Shown here piece after piece: positions 7,608 to 16,502 of a DNA stretch of 64,000 bases (position 1 is the stretch's first letter; the number at the start of each line of letters is the position of its first letter). Under the pieces are notes generated by a model that was not told the origin of the DNA, searched no databases, and was given only the letters and a program-made list of their open reading frames with translations. The translations under genes were made by a program, and so were the position numbers. Location: the IMG/VR virus record IMGVR_UViG_3300044620_000614, positions 9,553-73,552 of that record, one strand, 5' to 3'. The DNA comes from a virus.

Positions 7608-7963
7608 TCTTTATATTCTCGCTTGTCGTGCCAGTAACCGTAATCGTTCTCTGCTCCGTGCCGTGCCTTTAGATCAATGTATTGGAACACTGCCAATTCT
7701 TTGATGAAGTCATCTATCATTTTGATTGGTTCTTCGCTGATTGGCCATTCTTTGGGTGCTTCTGCTTGCCAATCACATGGACGGCACTTGTCGGGATTCT
7801 TTTTGCATACTTCCATTTCTGCAACGATGAGATCGCCCATTTTAACCATATTCAACAAAGTTTCAAGTGCCTTTGCGCTTTGATAATAGAGATCCTTTTT
7901 GGGTAAATCTTCTTCCTTGCGGGCGAGATTGCGGAGTTCGTAACACATTTCCTGAATACGCAT
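7604..7963 (-). CDS. hypothetical protein
   Basis: ORF with AAGGAG RBS. Confidence 0.65.
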   Translation of the reverse strand: MRIQEMCYELRNLARKEEDLPKKDLYYQSAKALETLLNMVKMGDLIVAEMEVCKKNPDKCRPCDWQAEAPKEWPISEEPIKMIDDFIKELAVFQYIDLKARHGAENDYGYWHDKREYKE

Positions 7964-7997
7964 AAAGGTATCTCCTTATTAGAATGTCCACAACTAT

Positions 7998-8375
7998 TTA
8001 GTATGCCAACTGCTCAAAACCATCATTTGTAGTAAAACGAATGCTGTGAAAAACCTTAACACACCAAGGCATGCAAAGTTCACAAGGACGAGCCATACGC
8101 ATGTCGCCAAATTGATTAAACCTAATATTGATTAGGTGCAACTTCTTTCCAAGAAGCCGCTTTTCGATCTTCTGAAATGCGTCCAGTTCGGAATGCATTT
8201 CTTCGTACATATAGCCAATTTGCTTCGCCTTGGGGTGAGTCTTGAAACGATTCATACCAACAGAAACAATCTTGTGCTTATGCACAATAATTGAGACATG
8301 CTTCTTTTGCCTGGGAATATCCAGGCAAATAGGATAAGCAACATCAAGCAAAGAATCGAGAGTTGTATTAGTCAT
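7998..8375 (-). CDS. cytidine/adenosine deaminase-fold protein
   Basis: HSE...RPCELC Zn-dependent deaminase motifs. Confidence 0.8.
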   Translation of the reverse strand: MTNTTLDSLLDVAYPICLDIPRQKKHVSIIVHKHKIVSVGMNRFKTHPKAKQIGYMYEEMHSELDAFQKIEKRLLGKKLHLINIRFNQFGDMRMARPCELCMPWCVKVFHSIRFTTNDGFEQLAY

Positions 8376-8828
8376 TTAAATCTTTCGCTTACGCGAGATC
8401 GCAAACAAGGCCGCAACACCAAGCATAACGGACACGCTCGGTGCTGGTACTGGCGGACGAACAGGGCAATCGGGACACGGAATACTTTCATTTCCGGCAG
8501 TAATCATTGCGTCACTTTCGACATAATCGTGTGCAATTGGCAAAAACATATCCTGATCTACACCCTGCACAGTATACACCAAATTACCCTCACGATACAA
8601 CTTATGAATCCAAAAACCATCAAATGAACCCATAAAGAACGGAGTAGCCGTATTGGTATAATTACTAACCGTTGGCATTTCAATTGCTTCTTTAGTTTCA
8701 GTAGTCATGCTCAAAGAGCCATCAAACTTAAGTGGTAGTGTGTACGAAACACCCATGTAAGTTGAACCCTGATAGTTTGAAGAAGTGAAACGCTGACCTT
8801 CGCCGTAAATTGTAGATGTTGTAATCAT
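8376..8828 (-). CDS. PEP-CTERM-like sorting-domain protein
   Basis: C-terminal VPAPS + TM helix + RKRK. Confidence 0.7.
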   Translation of the reverse strand: MITTSTIYGEGQRFTSSNYQGSTYMGVSYTLPLKFDGSLSMTTETKEAIEMPTVSNYTNTATPFFMGSFDGFWIHKLYREGNLVYTVQGVDQDMFLPIAHDYVESDAMITAGNESIPCPDCPVRPPVPAPSVSVMLGVAALFAISRKRKI

Positions 8829-8847
8829 AATATAAACCCTTTCAAAG

Positions 8848-8921
8848 CGTTCCCGAGTGGATTCGAACCACTGACCATTCGCTTAGAAGGCGAATGCTCT
8901 ATCCAACTGAGCTACGGGAAC
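8848..8921 (-). tRNA. tRNA-Arg(TCT)
   Basis: TTCGC-CTTCTAA-GCGAA. Confidence 0.95.
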
Positions 8922-8969
8922 AAAGAATAATGCGGGCACTTTCATACCCGCATTATATCAGAAGTTGAA

Positions 8970-9284
8970 TCAACCTTCAACTAATTTTAGTTCAGGAGCA
9001 ACAACTTCTTGCTGCACCGGAACAACCAAGCCATTGCCAAATGCACTGTTGTAGTGATTTGCAAGATCCATCTTAGCATCAACATGCCAAGCAATTGCGT
9101 TCCAGCGGACCAAAATACCATTCTCAATCTCGCCATAAGGAATCCACGGAGCCATTCCGAGTTCTCCCTTACCTGCCGGAACAAGAATGGCAGCCTTCTT
9201 AAGAAGAAGACCGTTTTCCTGTTGCTCTACCTTTGCGATTAGTTGTTCGCCCGTCGTCAATCCTACTAGTTGAATCATTGTCAT
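8970..9284 (-). CDS. small beta-rich (Sm-like) T4-like phage protein
   Basis: LxTGEQLIA...MAPWIPY...Y.SAFG..LVVP pattern. Confidence 0.6.
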   Translation of the reverse strand: MTMIQLVGLTTGEQLIAKVEQQENGLLLKKAAILVPAGKGELGMAPWIPYGEIENGILVRWNAIAWHVDAKMDLANHYNSAFGNGLVVPVQQEVVAPELKLVEG

Positions 9285-9384
9285 TTCCTTTCTTTCCAAA
9301 GATTCTGTCATAGTTTTCTGAATACTTATCCCAGTCTACTCGGCGATAAGCATCACCTTTACCAGCGCCGTGTTTACCTTCCAT
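9199..9384 (-). CDS. small conserved phage protein
   Basis: GKGDAYR.VD..KY.ENYDRIF; AAGGAG RBS. Confidence 0.55.
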   Translation of the reverse strand: MEGKHGAGKGDAYRRVDWDKYSENYDRIFGKKGNDNDSTSRIDDGRTTNRKGRATGKRSSS

Positions 9385-9404
9385 AACATCTCCTTATTCA
9401 GAAA

Positions 9405-9476
9405 AGCCACTTACTGGACTCGAACCCGCAACCTGTGCTTTACAAAAGCACTGCTCTACCATTGAGCTAAAGTGGC
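9405..9476 (-). tRNA. tRNA-Thr(TGT)
   Basis: GTGCT-TTTGTAA-AGCAC. Confidence 0.93.
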
Positions 9477-9478
9477 AA

Positions 9479-9549
9479 CTGCCCCGCTTGGATTCGAACC
9501 AAGAAGAGGAGGTTCAAAGCCTCCCATGTTACCGTTACATCACAGGGCA
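9479..9549 (-). tRNA. tRNA-Gln(TTG)
   Basis: GGAGG-CTTTGAA-CCTCC. Confidence 0.93.
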
Positions 9550-9612
9550 TTAAAGAAAGAGCGGAGTTATTTATGCTCCGCTCCTTCAACCCTCAACCCG
9601 AGGATTTACCGA

Positions 9613-9867
9613 TTAGCGGCAACCGCCAACGGTGTAGTTAGAAGGACCAACGAGGGCGACGCGCTTCATGAAGTAGCGAGTGCTGCCATCACGGTTAGTG
9701 TGCGAAACGATACGCCAGTTGCCGTAACGCTCAACAGTCTCCTTGATGTTGCTGATGGTGGCGCGGAAATTCTTGACACCAAACATCTTGCTAGCCTGAG
9801 CAGCGGTCAATCCACGACCTGTATGGAGATAATTGAGAACGCGATCCTTCTTAGTAATAGTTGTCAT
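9613..9867 (-). CDS. winged-helix DNA-binding protein
   Basis: RVLNYL.TGRGLT..QA..MFGV.N.RATIS.I. Confidence 0.7.
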   Translation of the reverse strand: MTTITKKDRVLNYLHTGRGLTAAQASKMFGVKNFRATISNIKETVERYGNWRIVSHTNRDGSTRYFMKRVALVGPSNYTVGGCR

Positions 9868-9940
9868 AACGAAACCTTTCAAACCGGCATTCACTTAAAC
9901 ACAAATAAACTCTGCCGTTAAGTTTATTTGCTTTTGGAAG

Positions 9941-10013
9941 TGCCTCCAGCAGGGGTCGAACCTGCGACCTATCGGTTAAAAGCCGAATGCTCTGCCAACT
10001 GAGCTATAGAGGC
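9941..10013 (-). tRNA. tRNA-Lys(TTT)
   Basis: TCGG-CTTTTAA-CCGA. Confidence 0.95.
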
Positions 10014-10015
10014 GT

Positions 10016-10260
10016 GAAACGGTTTTGTAAAGAACCGTAAACTTTATGACGGTTTCGTAGTTATGTAGAAAGTTATCCGTAAACTTTTCTACACACTTGA
10101 GAGACAAGTCCTCTCAAAAACCTTCCGCAACCTTCACAATCTCGTTTTAGTTGCTAGGGGGTGTTCCTCACACCTTGTCCTGATCGGATGCATTCTATGA
10201 GACTTGATACTCCATCAAATGCACACGCGATGTGCTAACATTACATAATAAAAAGGTTCA
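10016..10260 (-). ncRNA. candidate structured ncRNA
   Basis: ORF-free, several hairpins and two tandem pseudoknots; downstream of TTGACA-16 nt-TATAAT (10327-10354). Confidence 0.45.
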
Positions 10261-10350
10261 AAACATTTAAATAGTAATCATTGTTAACACTCCGTTGAAG
10301 GTACTGTGTTTCCTGTCATGCTCATAATTATACTGCATTTCCGTTGTTTG

Positions 10351-11412
10351 TCAAGCAATTTCCTGTCCATTAAATACGGAATTGATTTGGCGGTTTACCC
10401 GAACGAATGTCGTACACTTTGGCAGATCCTTCAGACGCTTGGCGCCAACATAAGTGCAAGCCGAACGAACACCACCAAGAATTTCCTGAACTGTATTGTC
10501 GATTGGACCGGTTTGCTTAACCTTGATGGTCTTACCCTCTGACGCTCGGTAAGTGGCTACACCGCCAGAAAACTTATTCATTGCGGTGTCTGATGACATT
10601 CCATAAAACACTCTGTTGCCAGATTCATCGTGTTGTGCTGCTTCATCGGAACCCGCAAACATACCACCAAGCATGACAAAATCACCACCAGCACCAAATG
10701 CCTTTGCAACATCGCCTGGACAAGTACAACCACCATCTGCCATAATGTGACCACCAAGACCGTGCGCCGCATCAGCACATTCCATGATTGCGGACAGTTG
10801 CGGATATCCAACGCCAGCAACCTTACGAGTGGTGCAAACTGAGCCAGGACCAATTCCTACCTTTACGATATTTGCGCCAGCAAGAATTAATGCTTCTGTC
10901 ATTTCACGGGTTACTACATTACCGGCAATCAAAATCTTGCCAGGAAAAATCTTACGAATAGTCGAAACATACTCTACAAACTTTTGCGTGTAACCGTTTG
11001 CAACATCAATACAAATAAATTTTACAGCAGAGCAATAATCTAGAATATTAGTTGCTTTGCGAATTTCTTCATAGGAATTTGTTCCCATTCCCATACTGTA
11101 AACGAGACAATCAAGATCAGGATTGCTAATCAGTTGATTATCGTAATTTTTCATCCACTCTTCTTCAGTATAGAACTTGTGAATGCAAGTTAACATTCTG
11201 TGTTGAGATAATTTTTCTGCAACAGAAAAAGTACCAATACCACTCATATTTGCCGCTGCAATAGGAATTCCATCCCAAGCAACATGCATTCCAGAACTAT
11301 CAAAATCAAATCTGCGTGAAAGTGAAACTTCTTTACGGCTGTTTAGTTCACTTCGCTTTGGACGAATTAGTACATCAGCAAAATCCAACTTCACATCATC
11401 TTCAACTTTCAT
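10351..11412 (-). CDS. guaC: GMP reductase
   Basis: [40 protein letters not shown]. Confidence 0.95.
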   Translation of the reverse strand: MKVEDDVKLDFADVLIRPKRSELNSRKEVSLSRRFDFDSSGMHVAWDGIPIAAANMSGIGTFSVAEKLSQHRMLTCIHKFYTEEEWMKNYDNQLISNPDLDCLVYSMGMGTNSYEEIRKATNILDYCSAVKFICIDVANGYTQKFVEYVSTIRKIFPGKILIAGNVVTREMTEALILAGANIVKVGIGPGSVCTTRKVAGVGYPQLSAIMECADAAHGLGGHIMADGGCTCPGDVAKAFGAGGDFVMLGGMFAGSDEAAQHDESGNRVFYGMSSDTAMNKFSGGVATYRASEGKTIKVKQTGPIDNTVQEILGGVRSACTYVGAKRLKDLPKCTTFVRVNRQINSVFNGQEIA

Positions 11413-11414
11413 AA

Positions 11415-11723
11415 TTAATCCTTATTATACTTGGCGTAAAATTCCTTGAAGAAATCCGACTTACCATATGGAGTGTTCTTGTTGTGGAAAGAATCTTCAG
11501 AAGAGGTAGTGTAACCGTCTTCCCATGCCTTTGCAACAAGTTCTCTCACTTCGGCAATACTAAACATTTTTGGTTGTACATTTTGTTCATTCATAATATT
11601 TTTTTCTTCCCACTCAAAATCATCAAGTGACAGTTCTTCATTATTGACATAATAATGTGGATATTTTACTGGTTTTGGTCTTATTTGTTTAATTGTACGA
11701 CCACCGACACTTGGAATTTCCAC
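11415..11723 (-). CDS. hypothetical protein
   Basis: ORF; start uncertain. Confidence 0.45.
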   Translation of the reverse strand: MEIPSVGGRTIKQIRPKPVKYPHYYVNNEELSLDDFEWEEKNIMNEQNVQPKMFSIAEVRELVAKAWEDGYTTSSEDSFHNKNTPYGKSDFFKEFYAKYNKD

Positions 11724-11763
11724 GACTTCATAATCTGTTTCAATTATGTCCTACTTTTTGGTG

Positions 11764-12084
11764 TTAGATGTCCGATTGGTCGGTTTCATCTGATTCAGTG
11801 ATGTCATTAATTGCTTGTTGTATTCCATTTAGCAATTCTTTTTCAATATTTGAAACCCATTTATGATATTCGAACGCTTCACAATCAATAATTTCTTTAA
11901 TTACTGGTGGAATACGGATTATAACATTATTTTCATGCTTTTCAAGTAAATAGTGAAGTAAATCCGAAGGAGATTCGGAGTCTACTATCTTCTTATATTT
12001 ACCTTCTTCATAAAAAAACAACTCATATACGCCATCTTTAGCATATTCTATGAGGGCTTCGTACTTTTTTCTTGCTTTTTTCAT
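11764..12084 (-). CDS. hypothetical protein
   Basis: ORF. Confidence 0.55.
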   Translation of the reverse strand: MKKARKKYEALIEYAKDGVYELFFYEEGKYKKIVDSESPSDLLHYLLEKHENNVIIRIPPVIKEIIDCEAFEYHKWVSNIEKELLNGIQQAINDITESDETDQSDI

Positions 12085-12151
12085 ATACTTATCCGAAAAA
12101 AGGTATAAATTTGCTCATAACGAACAAATTATACAAGGTACGAGTAAAAAA

Positions 12152-12475
12152 TCAAGCAGATTGCTCAGGATTTTCTTGTTGTTGTGATTCTTCTTGTCCC
12201 GGTTCAGCGCCTTGTTGTCCTTGTTCAGCGGCTTGTTGTTGTGCTTCTAGTTCTTGTTGCTGCATTTCTGCTTCTTGTTGCTTTGCCATGACAACTTGAG
12301 CAGATAAACTTGGTATTAATTGCTGCACAACACGATGAATAAACCATTTTCTATCGGGACTTTTAACATTTTGTGTTTTTGCCTTTTCAATCTCTGCTGC
12401 ATTTGCATTTTGCATTGATGTTGAAGTTGGCATTACACTTTTTTGCGCGGCGGTTTCTGCTTCGTTTAATCTCAT
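12152..12475 (-). CDS. Gln/Glu-rich late protein
   Basis: ATAAATA and GAGGA RBS upstream; MRLNE-A start. Confidence 0.6.
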   Translation of the reverse strand: MRLNEAETAAQKSVMPTSTSMQNANAAEIEKAKTQNVKSPDRKWFIHRVVQQLIPSLSAQVVMAKQQEAEMQQQELEAQQQAAEQGQQGAEPGQEESQQQENPEQSA

Positions 12476-12495
12476 TTTATTCCTCACTAACCTAT

Positions 12496-12777
12496 TTATG
12501 GTTGTACATCATCTTCAAGATCTCTGTAATAATCAGAAACTCGAACTCTTAAATATTTTTTGGCTTTTTGTAGCAAAACCAACTCTTGTTGTGTTAATGC
12601 TTCTCCGCCTTTTTGTTTATCTACCAGTTCTTGAACAATTTCGCGCATTCTCCATTCAATATCTTCTCCACCTTCTTCGTGCGCGTCTTTTGGAGAATTT
12701 CCTCCCTGTTCGGGTGGTGTCCCGAACATTGCTTTGATGTAGTTCTCAAAGTCATTTGGAGAAAATTCTGGCTTCAT
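12496..12777 (-). CDS. hypothetical late protein (MKPEF...)
   Basis: ATAAATA immediately upstream of the ATG at 12777. Confidence 0.6.
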   Translation of the reverse strand: MKPEFSPNDFENYIKAMFGTPPEQGGNSPKDAHEEGGEDIEWRMREIVQELVDKQKGGEALTQQELVLLQKAKKYLRVRVSDYYRDLEDDVQP

Positions 12778-12790
12778 GAAAGTATTTATT

Positions 12791-12949
12791 TTATTTTGCG
12801 TGTTTAAAATACTCAATTTGTCGCAGACGATTTTTTGCAGCCGCTTTAGTATCAAACTTGCCCATATTTTTACCCTTCTCAGAGCGTACCACATATTGAC
12901 TACCCTCACGACGAATAAATTCAAGAAGATGTTGCTTAAAGGTTTTCAT
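12791..12949 (-). CDS. 52-aa protein with T4 capsid-targeting-like N-terminus
   Basis: MKTFKQHLLE...RLRQIEYFKH; TATAAATA at 12955-12962; below the ORF-track cutoff. Confidence 0.7.
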   Translation of the reverse strand: MKTFKQHLLEFIRREGSQYVVRSEKGKNMGKFDTKAAAKNRLRQIEYFKHAK

Positions 12950-13036
12950 ATGTGTATTTATAAAGAAACAACCTCCTTTTGAGGGGAGGTTGTCGGACCG
13001 GAGATGCTATCTCCGGTGGGGTTGTAAGTATTTATA

Positions 13037-13204
13037 TTACTTGCCGCTTACTGCACCGACGAGGTTGTTAACAGCATTGACAACCATGTGGACACCAGCA
13101 ACAGTAAAAGGTAGTACAGCAAGGAAGAAAAACCAATGAGTTGGGTTCTTCCAGCAAAAACCACCGAGGGGGCACTTCTTAACGCATGTTTGTGTTTGTT
13201 CCAT
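13037..13204 (-). CDS. 55-aa membrane protein
   Basis: AAGGAG RBS; MEQTQTCVKKCPLGGFCWKNPTHWFFFLAVLPF... Confidence 0.65.
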   Translation of the reverse strand: MEQTQTCVKKCPLGGFCWKNPTHWFFFLAVLPFTVAGVHMVVNAVNNLVGAVSGK

Positions 13205-13230
13205 TTTTAATCTCCTTTAAAATAAATGAA

Positions 13231-13965
13231 TTAGAACTTGATTCCCAAACCAGCCGTAACGATTGCGTTCGCTTCGGGCGTAACAACATCTTGATACACG
13301 GGAATACCTACTCCCAAGTTCAAGTCTACATTTGAAGCAACACTCCAGTTGACTGTTGGGCCAAGGAAGAGTTGTGCTTCACCACTATTGACATAGTACA
13401 ATTGATCAAACTCAAGACCGAACTTGAAGGCATTCCAGTCGTATGATAGACCGGTTCCCAAAGAAACGACATCTGAATTTGTCTTTGCACCAAGCCAAGT
13501 GATATAGGATTCGCCACCATTGAACCGATATCCGGCAGTTTGAGTGAAATCAAACATCCAGAGTTTGCAGTTAAATGCAGCGTTGAGGTATGGATCTACG
13601 TTAGCATTGCGGAAATATTCCGAACCAACGGGGATGTACATACCAGCACCTACAGAGACGCCCCACTTATCACCGGACAAAACATCCCAAGCACCACCAA
13701 GATTGATGTTGCTTACAGTTGTGTTATCGTCCTGTGTATAAACTGGAACATCCAAATCAACATGGAAATCCTTGTTGATATCCAATGAGAGGTTTTGGTT
13801 GAGTCCAACCAAAGTAGAGCCGGCACCCTTGAAGGTGTGGACTTCTACAGTCTCATTAAATGACCACTTAAGATCCCAATTTGAAACCGGAGCAGGAGCA
13901 GCATTTTGTGCTGCCGCGGAACCGGAGACTGCAAGTGCAGTCAAAACTGTATAACCTGTATTCAT
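13231..13965 (-). CDS. outer-membrane beta-barrel protein
   Basis: signal peptide (SAAA-Q), alternating amphipathic strands, terminal GLGIKF beta-signal. Confidence 0.8.
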   Translation of the reverse strand: MNTGYTVLTALAVSGSAAAQNAAPAPVSNWDLKWSFNETVEVHTFKGAGSTLVGLNQNLSLDINKDFHVDLDVPVYTQDDNTTVSNINLGGAWDVLSGDKWGVSVGAGMYIPVGSEYFRNANVDPYLNAAFNCKLWMFDFTQTAGYRFNGGESYITWLGAKTNSDVVSLGTGLSYDWNAFKFGLEFDQLYYVNSGEAQLFLGPTVNWSVASNVDLNLGVGIPVYQDVVTPEANAIVTAGLGIKF

Positions 13966-14111
13966 TCATTTCTCCTTATATAAAAATGTCAGTACAGTTA
14001 CACCTCGCACTTCTTGAGGTGTAGGGGTATATAGTATCAACATTTTTTGGCTTGTCTAGCCTTAAAACGAAATTTCTATTTTATATAAATAAAATAAACT
14101 AGGAGATTACT

Positions 14112-14312
14112 ATGACAGACTCAAGATGGTTAAATGAATTAACAAAAACCTACGTTCAAGAATCAGTAGGTCAACCCGCTAATTTAAACGAACAACGCAT
14201 TCAAGAACAAGAAGAATACATTCAACTTCTCGAAAGTGTAATTTCCGACATTGTAGAACAATATAACATCAATATTGAAGCAATTTTAGAAGAAAAACAA
14301 AAAGCAAACTAA
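14112..14312 (+). CDS. small late protein
   Basis: TATAAATA at 14084-14091, AGGAG RBS. Confidence 0.7.
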   Translation: MTDSRWLNELTKTYVQESVGQPANLNEQRIQEQEEYIQLLESVISDIVEQYNINIEAILEEKQKAN

Positions 14313-14333
14313 TCAAAATAACAAAAAAGAAAG

Positions 14334-14358
14334 AACCCCGGTTGATCCGGGGTTTTTT
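14334..14358. terminator. bidirectional intrinsic terminator
   Basis: AACCCCGG-TTGAT-CCGGGGTT-TTTT between convergent genes. Confidence 0.75.
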
Positions 14359-14359
14359 A

Positions 14360-14668
14360 TTATATCTCTAATGGTTTTCTTGTTAGACTTGTAATTCTAT
14401 CAATCTGTTTGGTAATTGCAACAGTACGATCAGGCCACTTAATATAATCCTTGTCGGGATTTTTCAAAAGATTATACAATAGAGGAAGAATCAATTTTTC
14501 CAACGATTGCATGTTTTGTGTGTACTTTGCAATTGCTGCTTCTTTTGCCTCATCAATTGCATCGTTGGCCTCTTCTTGTGCCTTTTGAATTGTTTGCTCA
14601 GGTGTATCCGAGAATTCAAAACTGAAATCTTCTGAGAATGGATCTGCTGGATTAAATGTGTTTGCCAT
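14360..14668 (-). CDS. conserved T4-like hypothetical protein
   Basis: ILPLLYNL.KNPDKDYIKWPDR motif. Confidence 0.7.
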   Translation of the reverse strand: MANTFNPADPFSEDFSFEFSDTPEQTIQKAQEEANDAIDEAKEAAIAKYTQNMQSLEKLILPLLYNLLKNPDKDYIKWPDRTVAITKQIDRITSLTRKPLEI

Positions 14669-15823
14669 TTATTTTTTCCCCTTTTTATTCATTTCATCTA
14701 ATTGTTTAGCCAAATCATACATCATTGGTCCGGCTTCAATCAAATTTCTCATATATGGTTTATATGTTTTTTTCCCACCCGATTTAGAAGATGGTGATTC
14801 TACTTTTACTCTTATTTGCAACAATCTGTTTGAGCTCTTTACAGAATCCACATATAGTTCTACTTTTGGATCACCTTCTTCTTCATCAAACTGTACCAAT
14901 ATTTTTTTACTTTTCAATAGATTGGTATAATCTTTAATAAAGGTTGGAGTAAATGCTATTCTTTTATAGGTTCCCTTTTCCAACTTTACCAATTCAATAC
15001 CGGGTTCACCTAGTGTGGCACTATTTGCTATAAGTTTTGTGAGAGTAGTATAAAAGGCAGAATTTTTTGAATTAATCATACTTTTTAATTCTTTTGCTGC
15101 CTGCCCATATACAAACCTTCCCGCTTCCTTTAGTATTTTTTTTAACGTTTTCAATCTCGCATTTTCTCTGGAAGTAAATACGATATCCTTATCATAATTT
15201 TCTAATAGTTTGTTATATTTTTTTTCCAGCCCAACAATGTCTATGCCAAGCGTTTTTTTCCAAACCGAAATTTGTTTAGTAAATTCCTCACCCGATACCT
15301 GAGCAAACTGATCACCACCAGCCACTTTCAGTGAAATCTGACGAGAATAGGTTTGTCCATTATGTGTAATCTTAATGTCCGCCTTGGTCTGCGTTTGTGC
15401 GCCAGTACCATCTGAATGAACATCTACTGCATCTATTATACCATTCAGAGCAAATTGGATAGCATCGCTTTTCCATGTCTCGTTCACATATTCAATTGCA
15501 GATGAATAGAGATCTTTTAAAACATCCATCTGTCTAGTTTTTTTGACTTTTAGTATATCCGTATCTGCTTGTGGAATGTTAATTTGCAAAGTCATATTGT
15601 CTTTGACTTTTGTGCCGGGATCGGTAATAGTTTTCTTTAAAACCTTCCCAACACTATAAGATCCGTAATACTCTGCCAATACATCTTCCACCATAGCCAA
15701 AGTTAAATCTGGATAATTAGATTTCTTATCTTTTGGACGATTTATAAATTTAGCAAATAGAGCAGCACCTACAATTGCTTCTGCTATGTTACCTTTATTA
15801 TATTTTGCTCGTTCGTTGGCCAT
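14669..15823 (-). CDS. PD-(D/E)XK-like endonuclease
   Basis: GNIAE...TKADIKI...ISLK motif. Confidence 0.55.
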   Translation of the reverse strand: MANERAKYNKGNIAEAIVGAALFAKFINRPKDKKSNYPDLTLAMVEDVLAEYYGSYSVGKVLKKTITDPGTKVKDNMTLQINIPQADTDILKVKKTRQMDVLKDLYSSAIEYVNETWKSDAIQFALNGIIDAVDVHSDGTGAQTQTKADIKITHNGQTYSRQISLKVAGGDQFAQVSGEEFTKQISVWKKTLGIDIVGLEKKYNKLLENYDKDIVFTSRENARLKTLKKILKEAGRFVYGQAAKELKSMINSKNSAFYTTLTKLIANSATLGEPGIELVKLEKGTYKRIAFTPTFIKDYTNLLKSKKILVQFDEEEGDPKVELYVDSVKSSNRLLQIRVKVESPSSKSGGKKTYKPYMRNLIEAGPMMYDLAKQLDEMNKKGKK

Positions 15824-15867
15824 AAAAATATGTATGGTTTCCTAAATACAAAAAAGGAGCATCAATT

Positions 15868-16038
15868 ATGTCAAATATACCAAACAATATCAAGAAGATG
15901 TGGGAAGCAGCAGCAAACATCGAAGCCATAAAGAAGGGAATGAGCAAATCGACAGCGAGCATTCCCGGTGGACCCAAGAAGGAAGTCGGTGGAAAGATTC
16001 ACGGTAATCGTGATGAAAAGGGAAACCTAAAGAACTAA
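15868..16038 (+). CDS. 56-aa basic late protein
   Basis: CTAAATA + AAGGAG; MSNIPNNIKK... Confidence 0.55.
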   Translation: MSNIPNNIKKMWEAAANIEAIKKGMSKSTASIPGGPKKEVGGKIHGNRDEKGNLKN

Positions 16039-16502
16039 ACAAATAACAAAGAACAAATAGAGAGCCTCCCTTGATGGGAGGTTTTTCTTTTGGGGGGTTC
16101 CTTTTGGAAATGTCTATAGGATTTGACGGGGGTGGGGGTCCCAAGTAATTGCTTATAGGATTTCCGGGGGAGGGGTCCCATGAGAAGTATTTGAGAGAAG
16201 AGGGGATGGGGGAGCCTTGCCCCACCGGGTCCCACCCAAATCCCCCTAGAAATACTGTTTTTCCCGCCAAGTCTTGCTCTAGAAACCCCTATGTTTCGCC
16301 TACGATCATAGCGTTTTCAGCACATCGCGCGGCAGGCCATAGAAGCCGAAGGCCAGTACTTCGAGCACGCCAGAGTCGCTTTGATCCCACTTTGGGTCGG
16401 GGATCAAAGTTTCTGTGGCTCCCCGGCAACACGGCAAACGAAAAAGCCCCCACGAACCGGTTAGGGTTCGCGGGGGCTACTATGGGTCTGATCTACTCTA
16501 GA

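Noticed and set aside
10016-10095. preQ1-I riboswitch
   Set aside because: The H-type fold is similar, but the conserved preQ1 loop nucleotides are not evident and there is no downstream que gene.
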